From Leptogorgia sarmentosa (Eukaryota): DNA of 64,000 bases. The translations under genes and the position numbers were made by a program. Shown here piece after piece: positions 12,964 through 24,078 of this stretch (the stretch's first letter is position 1; each line of letters begins with the position of its first letter). The stretch is from positions 23,994,001 through 24,058,000 of the forward strand of contig OZ210885.1 in NCBI GenBank assembly GCA_964658305.1, written 5' to 3'. The notes under the pieces are model-generated. The model saw only the letters and a list, made by a program, of their open reading frames with translations, was not told where the DNA came from and ran no database searches.

Positions 12964-13909
12964 TGTTGAAAAGAGGGTTTTCCCTTCTCAAAATTTCGGG
13001 CGAGACCGTAAAAATTAGGAGCCACAGTTGTTGATCGATAATGGACCAATCGAGAGCGGGATTCAAGGAGGCCTTTTGGCGGAACTTATGGTCGTAAATG
13101 CACCATCCCAAACCGCGGTGCGTTCGTGCTGCGTGGCGAATCAAACTCATGTACTTGAGAAATTCCTGGGCCCGGTTAGGAAACCTATCCGTTAGGACGC
13201 CCATATAGGTGGAGAAAGCAGTTGTCCACAGCTCGATCTCGGTAATTTTTGCGACCGACTGAGAGGATTTTTTAACTTTGAGCACCGAGTTTTCAAGTGT
13301 CAACGTGACAGGCTCATCCTCAGACGCGTTGTAAGAATTAGACGGAAGAAGCTTAGATAAATCGAAAAACTCACCCGTTTGGATCTGCTTGACGTAGGCT
13401 GCGGGCACCTCGTTGAAACCAGTCTCATACCTTTGGTTGCCTTGAATTGGGGCCGTGATGGTAGTAGGCATGTCGGAATTGCTCCCAGTTGGTGCATCCT
13501 GCTCCGGCGCAATAATATGGTCGACGTTTAGGTGGGTAGCAGGGGCGGCGTTGGTCATTGCTGCCACAGCGGCTCGAGCTGCATTAGCCGCAATTTCGTT
13601 CGCTGACTCTTGTACGCTACGGTTTATAATCGACTGAATTTGAGCCAGCTGAGCGTCACTTAGGAAAAGGTTTGGCTGTTGAGCCGGTCCAGTTTGTTGG
13701 GAATCCACGGAGACTTCAGTAGGTCGCGCAGGAATCCCTGGCGTAACGATATCGGCGTGCCGTTGGAGACGGCTTATCAACGTAGCTCTTCGGCCATTTG
13801 TAGATAGACCTTTTTCCGCGCAACGCTGACGAAGATGAGCGATGGTATCTGTGTCTGTGGATGGGACCGTCGAAACTGTGGACGCTCGAGGACGACGAGT
13901 TGGAGGCAT
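12737..13909 (-). CDS. Gag-like ORF with N-terminal SAP-like motif and C-terminal Cys/His finger
   Basis: TIAHLRQRCAEKGLSTNGRRATLISRL; CIEYN..CSHQNCRYRHICNQCYGTH; uninterrupted 390 aa. Confidence 0.85.
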   Translation of the reverse strand: MPPTRRPRASTVSTVPSTDTDTIAHLRQRCAEKGLSTNGRRATLISRLQRHADIVTPGIPARPTEVSVDSQQTGPAQQPNLFLSDAQLAQIQSIINRSVQESANEIAANAARAAVAAMTNAAPATHLNVDHIIAPEQDAPTGSNSDMPTTITAPIQGNQRYETGFNEVPAAYVKQIQTGEFFDLSKLLPSNSYNASEDEPVTLTLENSVLKVKKSSQSVAKITEIELWTTAFSTYMGVLTDRFPNRAQEFLKYMSLIRHAARTHRGLGWCIYDHKFRQKASLNPALDWSIIDQQLWLLIFTVSPEILRRENPLFNNGPQKPNSSGGERGICIEYNRRGGECSHQNCRYRHICNQCYGTHARRSCPQPPPKPNEYSDNLGSTKRNRRSAKS

Positions 13910-14964
13910 TTCAAGAAAATTTTTTGGATCACGTAGTTACGAGTCGGCTTGAGTAAACTCGGATACAATATGAAAGGCGAACAGCTTGTGTGTGCCTTTT
14001 TGGCTTGGACAGTGATTTAGCTTGATCTGCGATTGGTTGCTTTTCGCGCCAAGGAAACTCGGAATTTGATTGGGTGAGAGCAGAAGTCACAACTTATTCA
14101 CGTGCACTGGCAATATGGTGGAGGGATTGCACTTTGGAACCGACCTGGCGTATATCTGACACAGTGATAGCTTAATTATAGGATTATGCAAACCTGCCGC
14201 TTCTCACCTGTTATGCCGAAACCTAAAAACATCTTGCAGAACATTTCCTCATTAACTTTATTTTATTAATTGTTTAATAAAATTTCTATAAACGAAAAAA
14301 AATTGTAATTTGAATTTTCAAAAACCTGGGGGGAGTGTTTTTTCCAACAATTAGAAAATGTCTTGCACACAAAATTTAAAGGCTCAAAAGCAATTTTTAG
14401 TTGATGGACGGAAACTTTGTCAGGTTTTGTATTTCCGTTCAAAATTTCAGAAAAAATGCTTGAGTGTAAGCCCTTCAAAGCGCCGCGCAAACTTTCATTT
14501 TTTGGAATAATTTGCCTTTTGCGTGTCTAATTGCCAAATTTGCATATGCAAATAAGATACGAGCATATGCAAATGAGATACAAGAATAAATTAAGCATGC
14601 AAAAACCTAATTATTCCAAAAAATGAAAGTTTGCGCGGCGTTTAAGGGCTTAAACTCAAGCATTTTTTCTGAAATTTTTAACAAAAATACAAAACCTGAT
14701 AAAAATTGCTTTTGAGCCTTCTTTCTGTTGGAAAAAACACTCCCCCCGGGTTTTTGAAAATTAAAATTACAAAATGTTTTCGTTTATTCTACATTATAAG
14801 TACTCAACCAATCCACATAAACCGAAAACTTTGTACCCCAAGCCCCTTTGCGAAGTTGAGAGCGATTTAAAATCTGTTCACTTTTTTTTTTCACCTTTGA
14901 GCGAGCTAGATGGTAAGTTAAAGTCGACTGGTATTTATAGCTTATTGCTTACCTTTTCTTGCGC

Positions 14965-15139
14965 AGCAAGCCACGCACCTCTGTCGGCCCACGTCGAATC
15001 CTCACGCTTCAAGTCCCAGCCCGACAGACCCAACCCTTAGAGCCAATCCTTTTCCCGAAGTAACGGATCTATTTTGCCGACTTCCCTTACCTACATTGTT
15101 CTATCAACTAGAGGCTGCTCACCTTAAAGACCTGCTGCG
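14965..15139 (-). rRNA. 28S rRNA fragment from upstream of the R2 site
   Basis: Reverse complement CGCAGCAGGTC..AATGTAGGTAAGGGAAGTCGGCAAAATAGATCCG..GGATTGGCTCTAAGGG. Confidence 0.93.
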
Positions 15140-15194
15140 CCTCATCCTGAGAGGACCTCCTAGTTGATCAAGGTGCCTCTCGCATCAGGTAAGT
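15140..15194 (-). ncRNA. U1: U1 snRNA 5' fragment (splice-site recognition sequence and stem-loop I), pseudogene
   Basis: Reverse complement ACTTACCTG-ATGC-GAGAGG-CACCTTGATCAACTAGGAGGT-CCTCTC-AGGATGAGG: ACUUACCUG, GAGAGG/CCTCTC stem, GAUCA loop; rest of U1 absent. Confidence 0.78.
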
Positions 15195-16225
15195 TTATGT
15201 TGGATATAGCCAAATCCACCCCCACTTGGGAGCATGCAATGGATTTCCCTAAATCAAGGAGGGTGCTACCGGCACGCAAATGACTAGGGGGACGATCCCT
15301 ACCTCCTCATTAAATGCACCCTGAGAATATTTATTATTCTGGCGCCTCGATTAGTGCATTTAATCCTACATAAAAAACAACACATACTAGGACGGTACAT
15401 GGACCGATGCTCGCCTGATACAGGCAGCAACAGGGATTTAAAAAGAGAACGACCCCCCTTCACGCAACAGCAGAGGAAGAAAAAAGGATTAAAAAACCTA
15501 AAAAACTAAAAGGAGAAGACCAGCTCCTCCCCCTCGAAATGCCCTAAAATACCACGACCGAGCCAATCTCTCTCAAAAGATCGCACTTGAGCAAGGAGCT
15601 TGCACCAACGACCAAAAAGACGAAGGACAAACTTTATTTTTGCGATGGCTTTCGCCTTGCAATCCGAGGCGACTGGCCGCTTACCACGGAAATGGAAATC
15701 ACAGCGCGCCACCCAGATGGTATGTTTCATCACGTGGAGCATCGACACGATGATGGGAGGCATGATGCGCCGCTGTTCAGACGAGAAGCCGAACAAGAGT
15801 TCTGTGACGGTAAATGGTGCGGCCGTAGGACATATCTGCGATAAGTTGTAAGAAAAACTCCAGTAATACCTGGGGCAGAGCGGATGTTAGCAGCTAGCAC
15901 CTCAATCGACAGAACGTACAGTAATGGAGAAAGTGGACAACCTTGCCGCACACCCCGTGAAGGGCGAAAAAAGGAGGAGGTCCAGCCATTGATGACAACA
16001 GCCGATTCGATGTCTGAGTAAAACAACTTTACCCATCGGCAAAAATCCGGACCAAAATTCATGGTGTCCAGAGTCCGTAAAAGAAAACCACAATCTACCC
16101 GATCAAATGCTTTCTCTTGATCCAAAGAGAGCAGAGCGAGGGGAATGTCCGCACGCTCTGCATACTCAATTAGATCCCGGATCAGAAAGAGGTTCTCGGA
16201 GATAGTACGGCCTGGAATTTTACAC
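15195..16225 (-). mobile_element. Tx1-clade (L1 group) LINE fragment: partial RT, C-terminus and structured 3' UTR
   Basis: PGRTISENLFLIRDLIEY, LSLDQEKAFDRVD, GVRQGCPLSPLLYVL; C-terminal KHTIWVARC; internal deletion near 15845. Confidence 0.85.
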
Positions 16226-16587
16226 AATTATGAAGTGTGCATCATGGAGTTATAACTTTTAAACATCTAAACAGGTCATATCATACTTGCAGTTTCCCGA
16301 ATGTATATCACAAATGCTGAATATACAGATTTTTCCATGGTCAAGGTATTGGAGCCTTCAGGGCTAAATACTGGTTTGAAGCAATTCAACAATCTTTTAA
16401 CTGTAAGAGCAGCAAGTTGGCTGGGATGAAAAAGAAACTTCATCACAGGCAATCTTTCCATGAGAGAATCTAATTGTCGCGGGTTGAAAATTTTTGTCGC
16501 CGGTCGAAAAAATAGAAAAGCACGTGCACGGATTTTGTTTTTGTCACAAAAGTTTCAAGGTAAGCTACTTCAAAAAGATGTTTTTTT

Positions 16588-17033
16588 TTAAGTGAGAAAT
16601 AGTCCTCTTTTTCTGATGACAAATTTCTTCTGTTTAGTTACCAATATTCGCGCACCAATTTCGGCCGATTCTTCAATTTCTTGTCCTATATCCTTTACAT
16701 CGCATAATTCTTGAATCTCTTCGTCAAGGTCACCTAAAATTTTAAATTTTTCTTCAAGTAAAGATTGTATAATTCTGCTTCGATCGACATCAATAATATC
16801 GCTGAAAGGATGTAGGAGTTCTTGTGCCTGTTTTGTTAATTTAGTACAGACACCACGATGTCCGCCTCGCTTCGCTCTTAAACGGTCCAATTTCTCCTTT
16901 GATTCGGTCATAGTTCTTGCTTATTTCGCTTGAATTCAACTTATATGGTTTTAAGTTGCCCCACGTTGGGCGCCATGTTATAATCATATCGAAAATCGGT
17001 TTTAAAACGTATCGAAAACCGTCCCAATTTTAA
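16588..17033 (-). mobile_element. BEL/Pao 5' fragment: LTR end, tRNA-Lys PBS, gag start
   Basis: ...TAACA then TGGCGCCCAACGTGGGGC (16958-16975); gag LRAKRGGHRGVCTKL. Confidence 0.8.
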
Positions 17034-20000
17034 CTCTCTCGCTACGCTCGTCCGAATGAAAGTTATTGTCTTATTAACTCAGCATGCCTCTGTCATGAAC
17101 ACTAACACAACATTGTTACAGGCTTGGCTTGTCCCAGGTGGGGCAAGAACGCAACCAATTTATTGAGAAATTGACAACATTAGATGTTCTACAATGCATT
17201 AGATGAGTATATATATATGTCATAGCCCCATGCATTTGCTAACGCTTGACCTTTCTTTAATATCTTCCTGAATGTACATATCTTTGGCTGTATCTGACTT
17301 CCAACGTCTGTGTAATCTTAGTAGCCTCTCTTTCGACTTTAAATCAGGAAAATTTTGCACAATTGCCGTGGCTCCACCAGCGCGAAAGCTGTGTAGTGAA
17401 TAGGCGTGTTCGTCTTGCCCAACTTCTTTTAAACATTCCTTGAATAATTCGCGAAATTTAGTGTACGACAGCTCCCGATTGCCTAAGACGTACTTGTTTA
17501 CAGATTTTAAGTAAACTACGTTCCGAAATAGATGATTGTTATTGCTACTATAAGGCGTTATTCCTGCGACACTCATGTATCTACAAAGTAGATTAACTGG
17601 GCATGAATCTGTATTAGATTTCGATATAAAAACGTCTTGTCCTCCTCTGTATACGTCTGTTTTGCTACTAGGCACCCTCACCCTAGGTGAATCCTCGCAT
17701 GCTCGTTTCCAAAGTGAATGTCACAAACTGTTATACTGAGGAGCTCCTTTGCACGGAACAGACCTGCGAAACAAACTGCAAACATAGTTGCACTTCTGAG
17801 ATCTTTTATGGTAGCCGTTTCATGCGCAAACGTCCTCGTCATCTGATTTATCAGTTCGACGGATGCGGGTTGCCTCTTCTTGATTGGAGCGAGTCTCTGC
17901 CATTTTTCTGCTTCCACTAAATTTCTGCATAACACCGTGTCTGCTGGATTGTGCTGCGTAGGTAGAAATCTGTGAACCCATTTGAGTGCGGAATGCGCCA
18001 GGGAGACGGCACTGGTTTTCCTTTTCCTTAACAAAAAGGACAAATACAACGCAATGTGACCCACCGATGCGGGCATGGAAACTGACAGCTTTTCCTTTTC
18101 CATGAACTTGAAAAACGATACCACCTCGTTTAGGTATTTCTTAACTGTGGAATCTGCCCTTGATTTCAAACAGCTGCTTAGCAGTTCCTTGACTAATCCT
18201 TTGTTATATAGGCTCCATACACTGGAACGACTCAGAGTCTGACAAAAAAAAATCGAAATGTTAGTAATGAAAGTAAGTGAATGGATATCTGCTGCATATA
18301 GTAAGTCGGATGTGGGAGAAATTGCCCATTGACTACCTTAGCGTAATCATGTTTGTTCGTGCCCATTGGCTGAACGATTGATCCATGGATCGAATGAACT
18401 GCCCATTGGCGCAAAATTGGTCAATCGACCCTCGGGTAGAAGTGGTCCATCGACCTACCCGTAAGTTCCAAAGTCAGTCTTGTGCAAACGACATACGGAT
18501 TGCAAGAATGCGACTATCCCAATAATCGGAGCCGATAAGGGAATTTGTATTTCTCCCGTGAATGCAATGTTTATTGCCTTCATAATATCTATATTCAATG
18601 ATATGTGGGGCATACCGCTGCCATAGCAGTGGCCAAAATGATGCTGACAGCCAATCAGGCACGATTAGTGTCCCCGAGCATTTCTGTGAACTCATATACT
18701 GAAGTACGCTGGAAATTATGCTGACTGGAGGTACAACTAAACAGTTCTCGACTGTCCAGGACTTATAGAAGGCGTCCACCCCAGCACATCCGGGGTTCCA
18801 GAAACGCGAGAAAAACCGATCTAATTTCGTATTGTAAAAAGACGCGAAACAGCCTATTGTGTGTGGCCCCCACAATTCATTTAATTCCGTAAACAGACGT
18901 TGGGTAATTTGCCAGTCATCGCCGTCTCTGATTTTGCTGATAAAGTCTGCCTGCTTGTTAAGATCCCGAGGGATCCATTCGATATACAAATCAATTTTGT
19001 AAACAAAACAATGTGAAAAAATCGCACAAGCCATTTTTTGTAACTCAATCTTCATGCTGCCCACTTCCACTATCTTGGTGGTAGCTTGGTTATCTGTAAA
19101 CCATTTTATCGAAGAATTGTGCAACAAACTTCCAAAAGCATGCAGTGCGTATAATATCATAACTAACTCCCGATATGTGGAACTGTGTGACAAGTCTTCC
19201 TCCGAAAACATCTTGTGACAAACAAATTCTGAGCCGTCCCGTAACAGCGCACCACAGGCGAAACTGCTGGCATCTGAATAAACAATTTTATTGTAACCAA
19301 CATGCTGAAAACAATGCTTTTTGTTTACTTGCGTAATATGCTCACTCCAGAACATCAGTTCAGCAATACAGTAATTGTCCAATTGGTGCTTTGTGTCCCA
19401 TGCTGCAGACGCAGCGATATTAATTTGACAATGCCGTGTCATAATGCGTGTTAATCTGCCAACTACCGCGCTCATCGAAATAATAGAACCCACTATCCCG
19501 GCTAACTCCCGTGCGGAAAATGAAAGGAAGGTTTAAAGCGTTGCGAATGAGTTGTTTTGCCTTCTCGATGTGTTTCTCCGATATGGAAATAGACCCTTCT
19601 TTGCCATTCCATGTGATCCCTATCCAATCGATTAATTGCGTGGGAACCCATTCAGACTTATCTTCCCCAACTACAAAGCCCGTGGCAAAGAGATCGCCTC
19701 GCGTATGGTGAGCGGCATATTCAGATCGATCGCGTGACTCTTCGATGTTTAGACCATCGTCTAGATAAACAATAGGGTGTAATCCCCTGCTTTGCCACTG
19801 TTTAACCAGTGGCCCTAATAATTTGGTAAATATGTATGGCGCCGTGGATAACCCAAATGGTAGAACATTGAATGTGAAATATCGAACCATGCCGTCACCA
19901 AAGTTCCAAGCAAAACCGAGATACTGTCTATGCGGTGCGAAAATTTCAATGTGATGGTATCCACTCTTAAGGTCGAATTTTGTGAAAAAAAGCCCCAGGG

Positions 20001-21049
20001 ACGAAGTATTCCAACGCTTTTTTGTGGTCTTCGAATTTAAACTTGTATGTTTTGAGATACGAGTTGATTGTGCGCAGATCTAATATGAGTCTTTTCTTCC
20101 TGGAAGGCTGAACAGCCACAGACAGGGGATTTATATTGTGTAACTGATCTACGTCTTTAACCTCGGAAACTCTATTGTCTGCAAGTAGGTCGTATATTGC
20201 TTCGTTTACAAAGCTTCCATGTATGAAAGCCGATCTATTATTGTTCTGAATAAGTCTACTTGGCTCGCTTTGAAAGGGAATTTTGTAACCGTTTTCAATG
20301 GTCGATAAAATGTACTGTGGAGCTCCAATTTTCCCCCAAAAACTAATGTGAGCCTTAAGTCTTCCTTTCACGGATACGAGTACGCTATCCGGCTGATTTG
20401 CCGAGTCACCGGAATGTACTTCCCCTTTGTCCTGCACACATACCTCTATCACACATGACTCACATTCAGACATGTCATCAAACTCCTCATTTTCTGGCGT
20501 AGATGCCTTGCTCACTCGTGCTTGCTGGATTTCCCCACTCTTTTCGAAAACTTGGCTGTCTTGCAGAATATCTGGCTGGGCATTGACTGCTCCAATGCCC
20601 TTTATATCCACATTGGAAACAGACGTCGTTGACCTTGGCGCGAGTTGCCTGATGGCCTTGTGCCGTCATAAGTAAAGGAGAAAATAGAAAATAATTAGTA
20701 TGCTGATTGCATTTGTGAAAAAATTTTTTTTGAATTTTTGCGTGGTATGTGGTGGCGTTCTTGCTGTTGGAACTTGATAACTAACCGGATAATGCGAGCG
20801 CATTATATACTCACGTAGAACGGAACTATGCGATCCCATGGGTGGGATGAATAATTACATTCTAACAACAAAACATATCTGCATGCATGACGACATGCGT
20901 CATGCTCTCAAACAATAAGAAAATTCATTTTCATTCTCTCTCGCTACGCTCGTCCGAATGAAAGTTATTTTCTTATTAACTCAGCATGCCTCTGTCATGA
21001 ACACTAACACAACATTGTTACAGGCTTGGCTTGTCCCAGGTGGGGCAAG
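17034..21049 (-). mobile_element. PAT/DIRS-like tyrosine-recombinase retrotransposon with methyltransferase domain, bounded by 114-bp direct repeats; degenerate
   Basis: Repeats 17034-17147 and 20936-21049 (1 mismatch); zinc knuckle CFQCGYKGHWSSQC; RT LPFGLSTAP/YLDDG; RNase H YSDAS/TDNQ/ADFIS; MT WGPHTI.CFAS..GVDAF..PP; YR GLFRAKE, SKTD, HSFRAGGAT. Confidence 0.9.
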
Positions 21050-21452
21050 CCCTGAATCTACAAAGAAAGACAGTGCATAGCTGGGCCAATTTCTGCTCTC
21101 TCAGCAGCTGGAACTGCTCGTCCAAACGATTATAGATAGAGCTCAACAAAGACAAATTCTTGTCGCCGCCCTGTTCATCATACGCAAGTGAATCTTCTGG
21201 TCGCTGTACTTCACCATCGATATCTTTATCGCCATTTGTTGATCCCATCATTTGATCCTGGTGGGGTTGCCAATGTTAGATGTCCTATTTATTTCCTCAG
21301 AACATTCGAAAAGCACACCAGCAACAGTAATTTATCACACACGGAAAAAACTCTATTTATTACACACATCGAGTCCTATATATACAGTAATTTCCCAGTA
21401 ATCTTTACATATTAATTAAGCTATTTACATTAATTAGGCACGCTATATTACA
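21050..21452 (-). mobile_element. LTR-retrotransposon 5' fragment: ~179-bp LTR (21274-21452), PBS-like TGGCAACCCC, gag start
   Basis: TGTAATATAG...CTAACA termini with TATA and AATAAA, followed by a TGG PBS-like motif and an ORF start. Confidence 0.55.
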
Positions 21453-22194
21453 ATATGTTGAAACTATAGGGGCCTTGAGCAAAAGCCTGTCCAGGTTTCC
21501 AAAGGCCTCTAGCCCTCTGTTATAGTTTTTATTGTTTCTAAATTGTAAAATTAATGATATTTGGGCGAACAATTAACAATAATAATAAAGAGCACTTCAA
21601 TCTTACTTGAAAACATACTTATAGATGGGAAGTGTGTATAATATCCGAAAGTGCCAGCAAGACTCGTGTCTCTATTCCTAAGTGATGAACGAAAAACGTG
21701 TTCGTTGACAGACATTTTACTTGCTTTGATATATAGCAACAAAGTTGATGTAGTGTTTTTTACAAGACAAGGTTGGGGAAAATGCATATAAATAAAAAAG
21801 TACTTCATTAAATCGAAAATGCGAACACCTTTTTGCTGCACTGATATTGGTTAACATCCTGATAAAATTTGGGAGCAATTCGTCCAAACGCTGTCAACTT
21901 ATTTCACTTTTTGTGGAGGAAATTCGCAATATTTAATTCAATTGCCCGTAAATGACGGATTAATGTTTCGCGATGTTTATTATCTCACGGTTTTGCATAT
22001 CTTGTTAACTTTTGACAAGGTGTTTTAGTATTGAAATTTAGGTAGAATACATGTAATGTTTTACAAGAAACTCGTTTCTACACTTGCGGTGTATAGATAC
22101 CAAACGAAAAATAAATATGCCGGAGAGACACAAGGCCAAAGACGCAGCGAACAAATCAAAACGCACATCGAAAAGCTGTTGGCTTTGTTGCGCA

Positions 22195-22704
22195 AATTTA
22201 GCGGCCACCCTCGGGATCAGCTTTATGGTCGCTTAATAGAGGTGGCCGCTAAATAGAGTACACGCTAAAATAAACCCTGGGAGCGGTACGGTTTATTTAT
22301 AAATAACTGACTACTGTAATAAATAGATTTTTAGAAATATCAAGTATGGTTAACAAAGGAATTTTCAATGAGAGAGAAAGAAAGAAAACAAGAGAGCCAT
22401 GCAATAAGGAGGGTACTAATGCTGTGGCATTTGTACGCGCAAAAGGAAGATATCTAGTCCATATAGACCATACTTGCAAGTCAGCAAGTGTTAAAACATA
22501 AATTTAACTATGCTAAGCCAGTTATTAAGCATCACCACCATGACTGTTATTTTGGAATGGTGTTGCACCAAGTGAATCACGCATGCTGGCCGCTTAATAG
22601 AGGTGCAAATTGATAATAAACATTTGGGGCCGCTCTCTTGGTGGCCATGGCCGCTTAATAGAGGTGACCGCTTAATAGAGGGCTGCTTAATGTAGGTTCG
22701 ACTG
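22195..22704. repeat. Partial MITE with repeated ggccgcttaatagagg motifs, ending aggttcgactg
   Basis: About six motif copies at 22225-22258 and 22588-22690; CAGTCGAACC-type TIR at the right end only. Confidence 0.6.
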
Positions 22705-24078
22705 AATTTAAAGTTAAAACTTTCGTGCAATTTTTTAAGGCAGAGAGAAACATTTCTCTATACCTCCGTCGCATTGTAATATTTTTTGAAACAAATTGCG
22801 AAATATAGTAGATACTTATGTCAAAGTCAACCTTTCATAGTGTGTAGGTAGTAACTCTCAACTGACTCGCATTTCAAAAACTGTTATCATGGTTAGGTAT
22901 ACAATAGCTATATGCAAAATGCCAATCATTTGAAGAATACGAAAGTTAATATCTTATTAAATCAAAATCCATCAAACCATAAAAATAGCTACTATTTTGT
23001 GATAATAGTTACTGTTAGTGCCAAAAATATGTAACCTATTGTTTATGGTTAAGATAGTTATGGATATTTATTTAAATTTAGGAATCTATTTGCATGTCAT
23101 GTAATATAATCAAAAACTGCTAATATTTGACAACTAGGTTTAGACGAAAACAACTCATTTAGAGATTAACGTACACTGAAAGTGTAACTCCCAGATCCAT
23201 CCAAGAGCTACTTGAAGCTTTGGCATGCCGTAAACGCCATAAAATTGAACGCCACACGCGAATAGAAACCGCTAACACAGACGTAGAGCAAATGTCTTTA
23301 ATTCCGATAGGTTGAATTGTTCAGTTGAGTTATGCGGAATACTGTGCGGTAGAACTGTGCGTATACGAGAGATGTGCGGGTTCGAACTAGAAAACAACAA
23401 TATACAAGCTCCGCTTAATCATGCGCGAAATAATCTACTAAACATGCGACTAAATACGATACTGTGAATAAATTACTGTTACGCATGCACTAAATATACC
23501 AAACGATAAACCTAACTAAAAACGATGGATAAAGTCTTACTTTAGTTGGCGCACACACCAAACTTCTATAGAGTTCCAAAAGATTGAAGGTTGAACAGTA
23601 AAGTTGAGACGCGTCCTTGCTCTTGGTTGACTAACTTATAAGTGAAATAATCAACCTAACTGCGCTACTAGATGTGTAGCCGCAGGAACTAACTAATTAC
23701 GATAAACAGGAAATTAGATATAAAGTTCAAAGGTTACGTTTCAAACCTACAGAAAGAACAACCTAGCTTTCCACCGATTTGTACTATAGTAACAACGTTT
23801 TTTGTACCGTACTGTGTTATCAACGATTAAAATAAGAATAATATAAACGAGTACAAAGTGTTGTTTGGTTCATCCCTGCCGGTGTCGAGCTAGCGTATTA
23901 TCGCAGATTCGCACCGACAGTTACTGTGGTGTGAAAACAGTAATTGCAAGCACAGGAAATGAAAAACAATACATTAGGCATGAATGCACAGCTGTAACCT
24001 CACACGACATCGCATTGTGGCTACAACATGCAACAGATAAAGCAAAATTACTAAGCCTAAAGCACTAATTCAGGGAAA

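Larger units (their letters stand above)
9581..14287 (-). mobile_element. Ngaro-like tyrosine-recombinase retrotransposon, near intact
   Basis: Overlapping gag, RT-RNase H and YR ORFs; no methyltransferase domain; ends defined by the interrupted MITE; no TSD. Confidence 0.88.
9466..14898. mobile_element. Long-TIR Tc1/mariner-type MITE split by the Ngaro-like insertion (arms 9466-9580 and 14288-14898)
   Basis: 9466-9580 is the reverse complement of ~14788-14898; ~14288-14520 is inverted relative to ~14590-14787; starts TA|CAGGGTG. Confidence 0.85.

Noticed and set aside
16958..16975. tRNA gene
   Set aside because: Only the 18-nt primer-binding site complementary to a tRNA-Lys 3' end
10015..18169. 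Tyrosine recombinases read as phage integrases / prophage
   Set aside because: Both are linked to DIRS-type RT-RNase H and gag in eukaryotic repeat context; no phage genes
18474..18910. Horizontally acquired bacterial DNA methylase
   Set aside because: The MT-like domain is a standard component of DIRS/PAT pol ORFs
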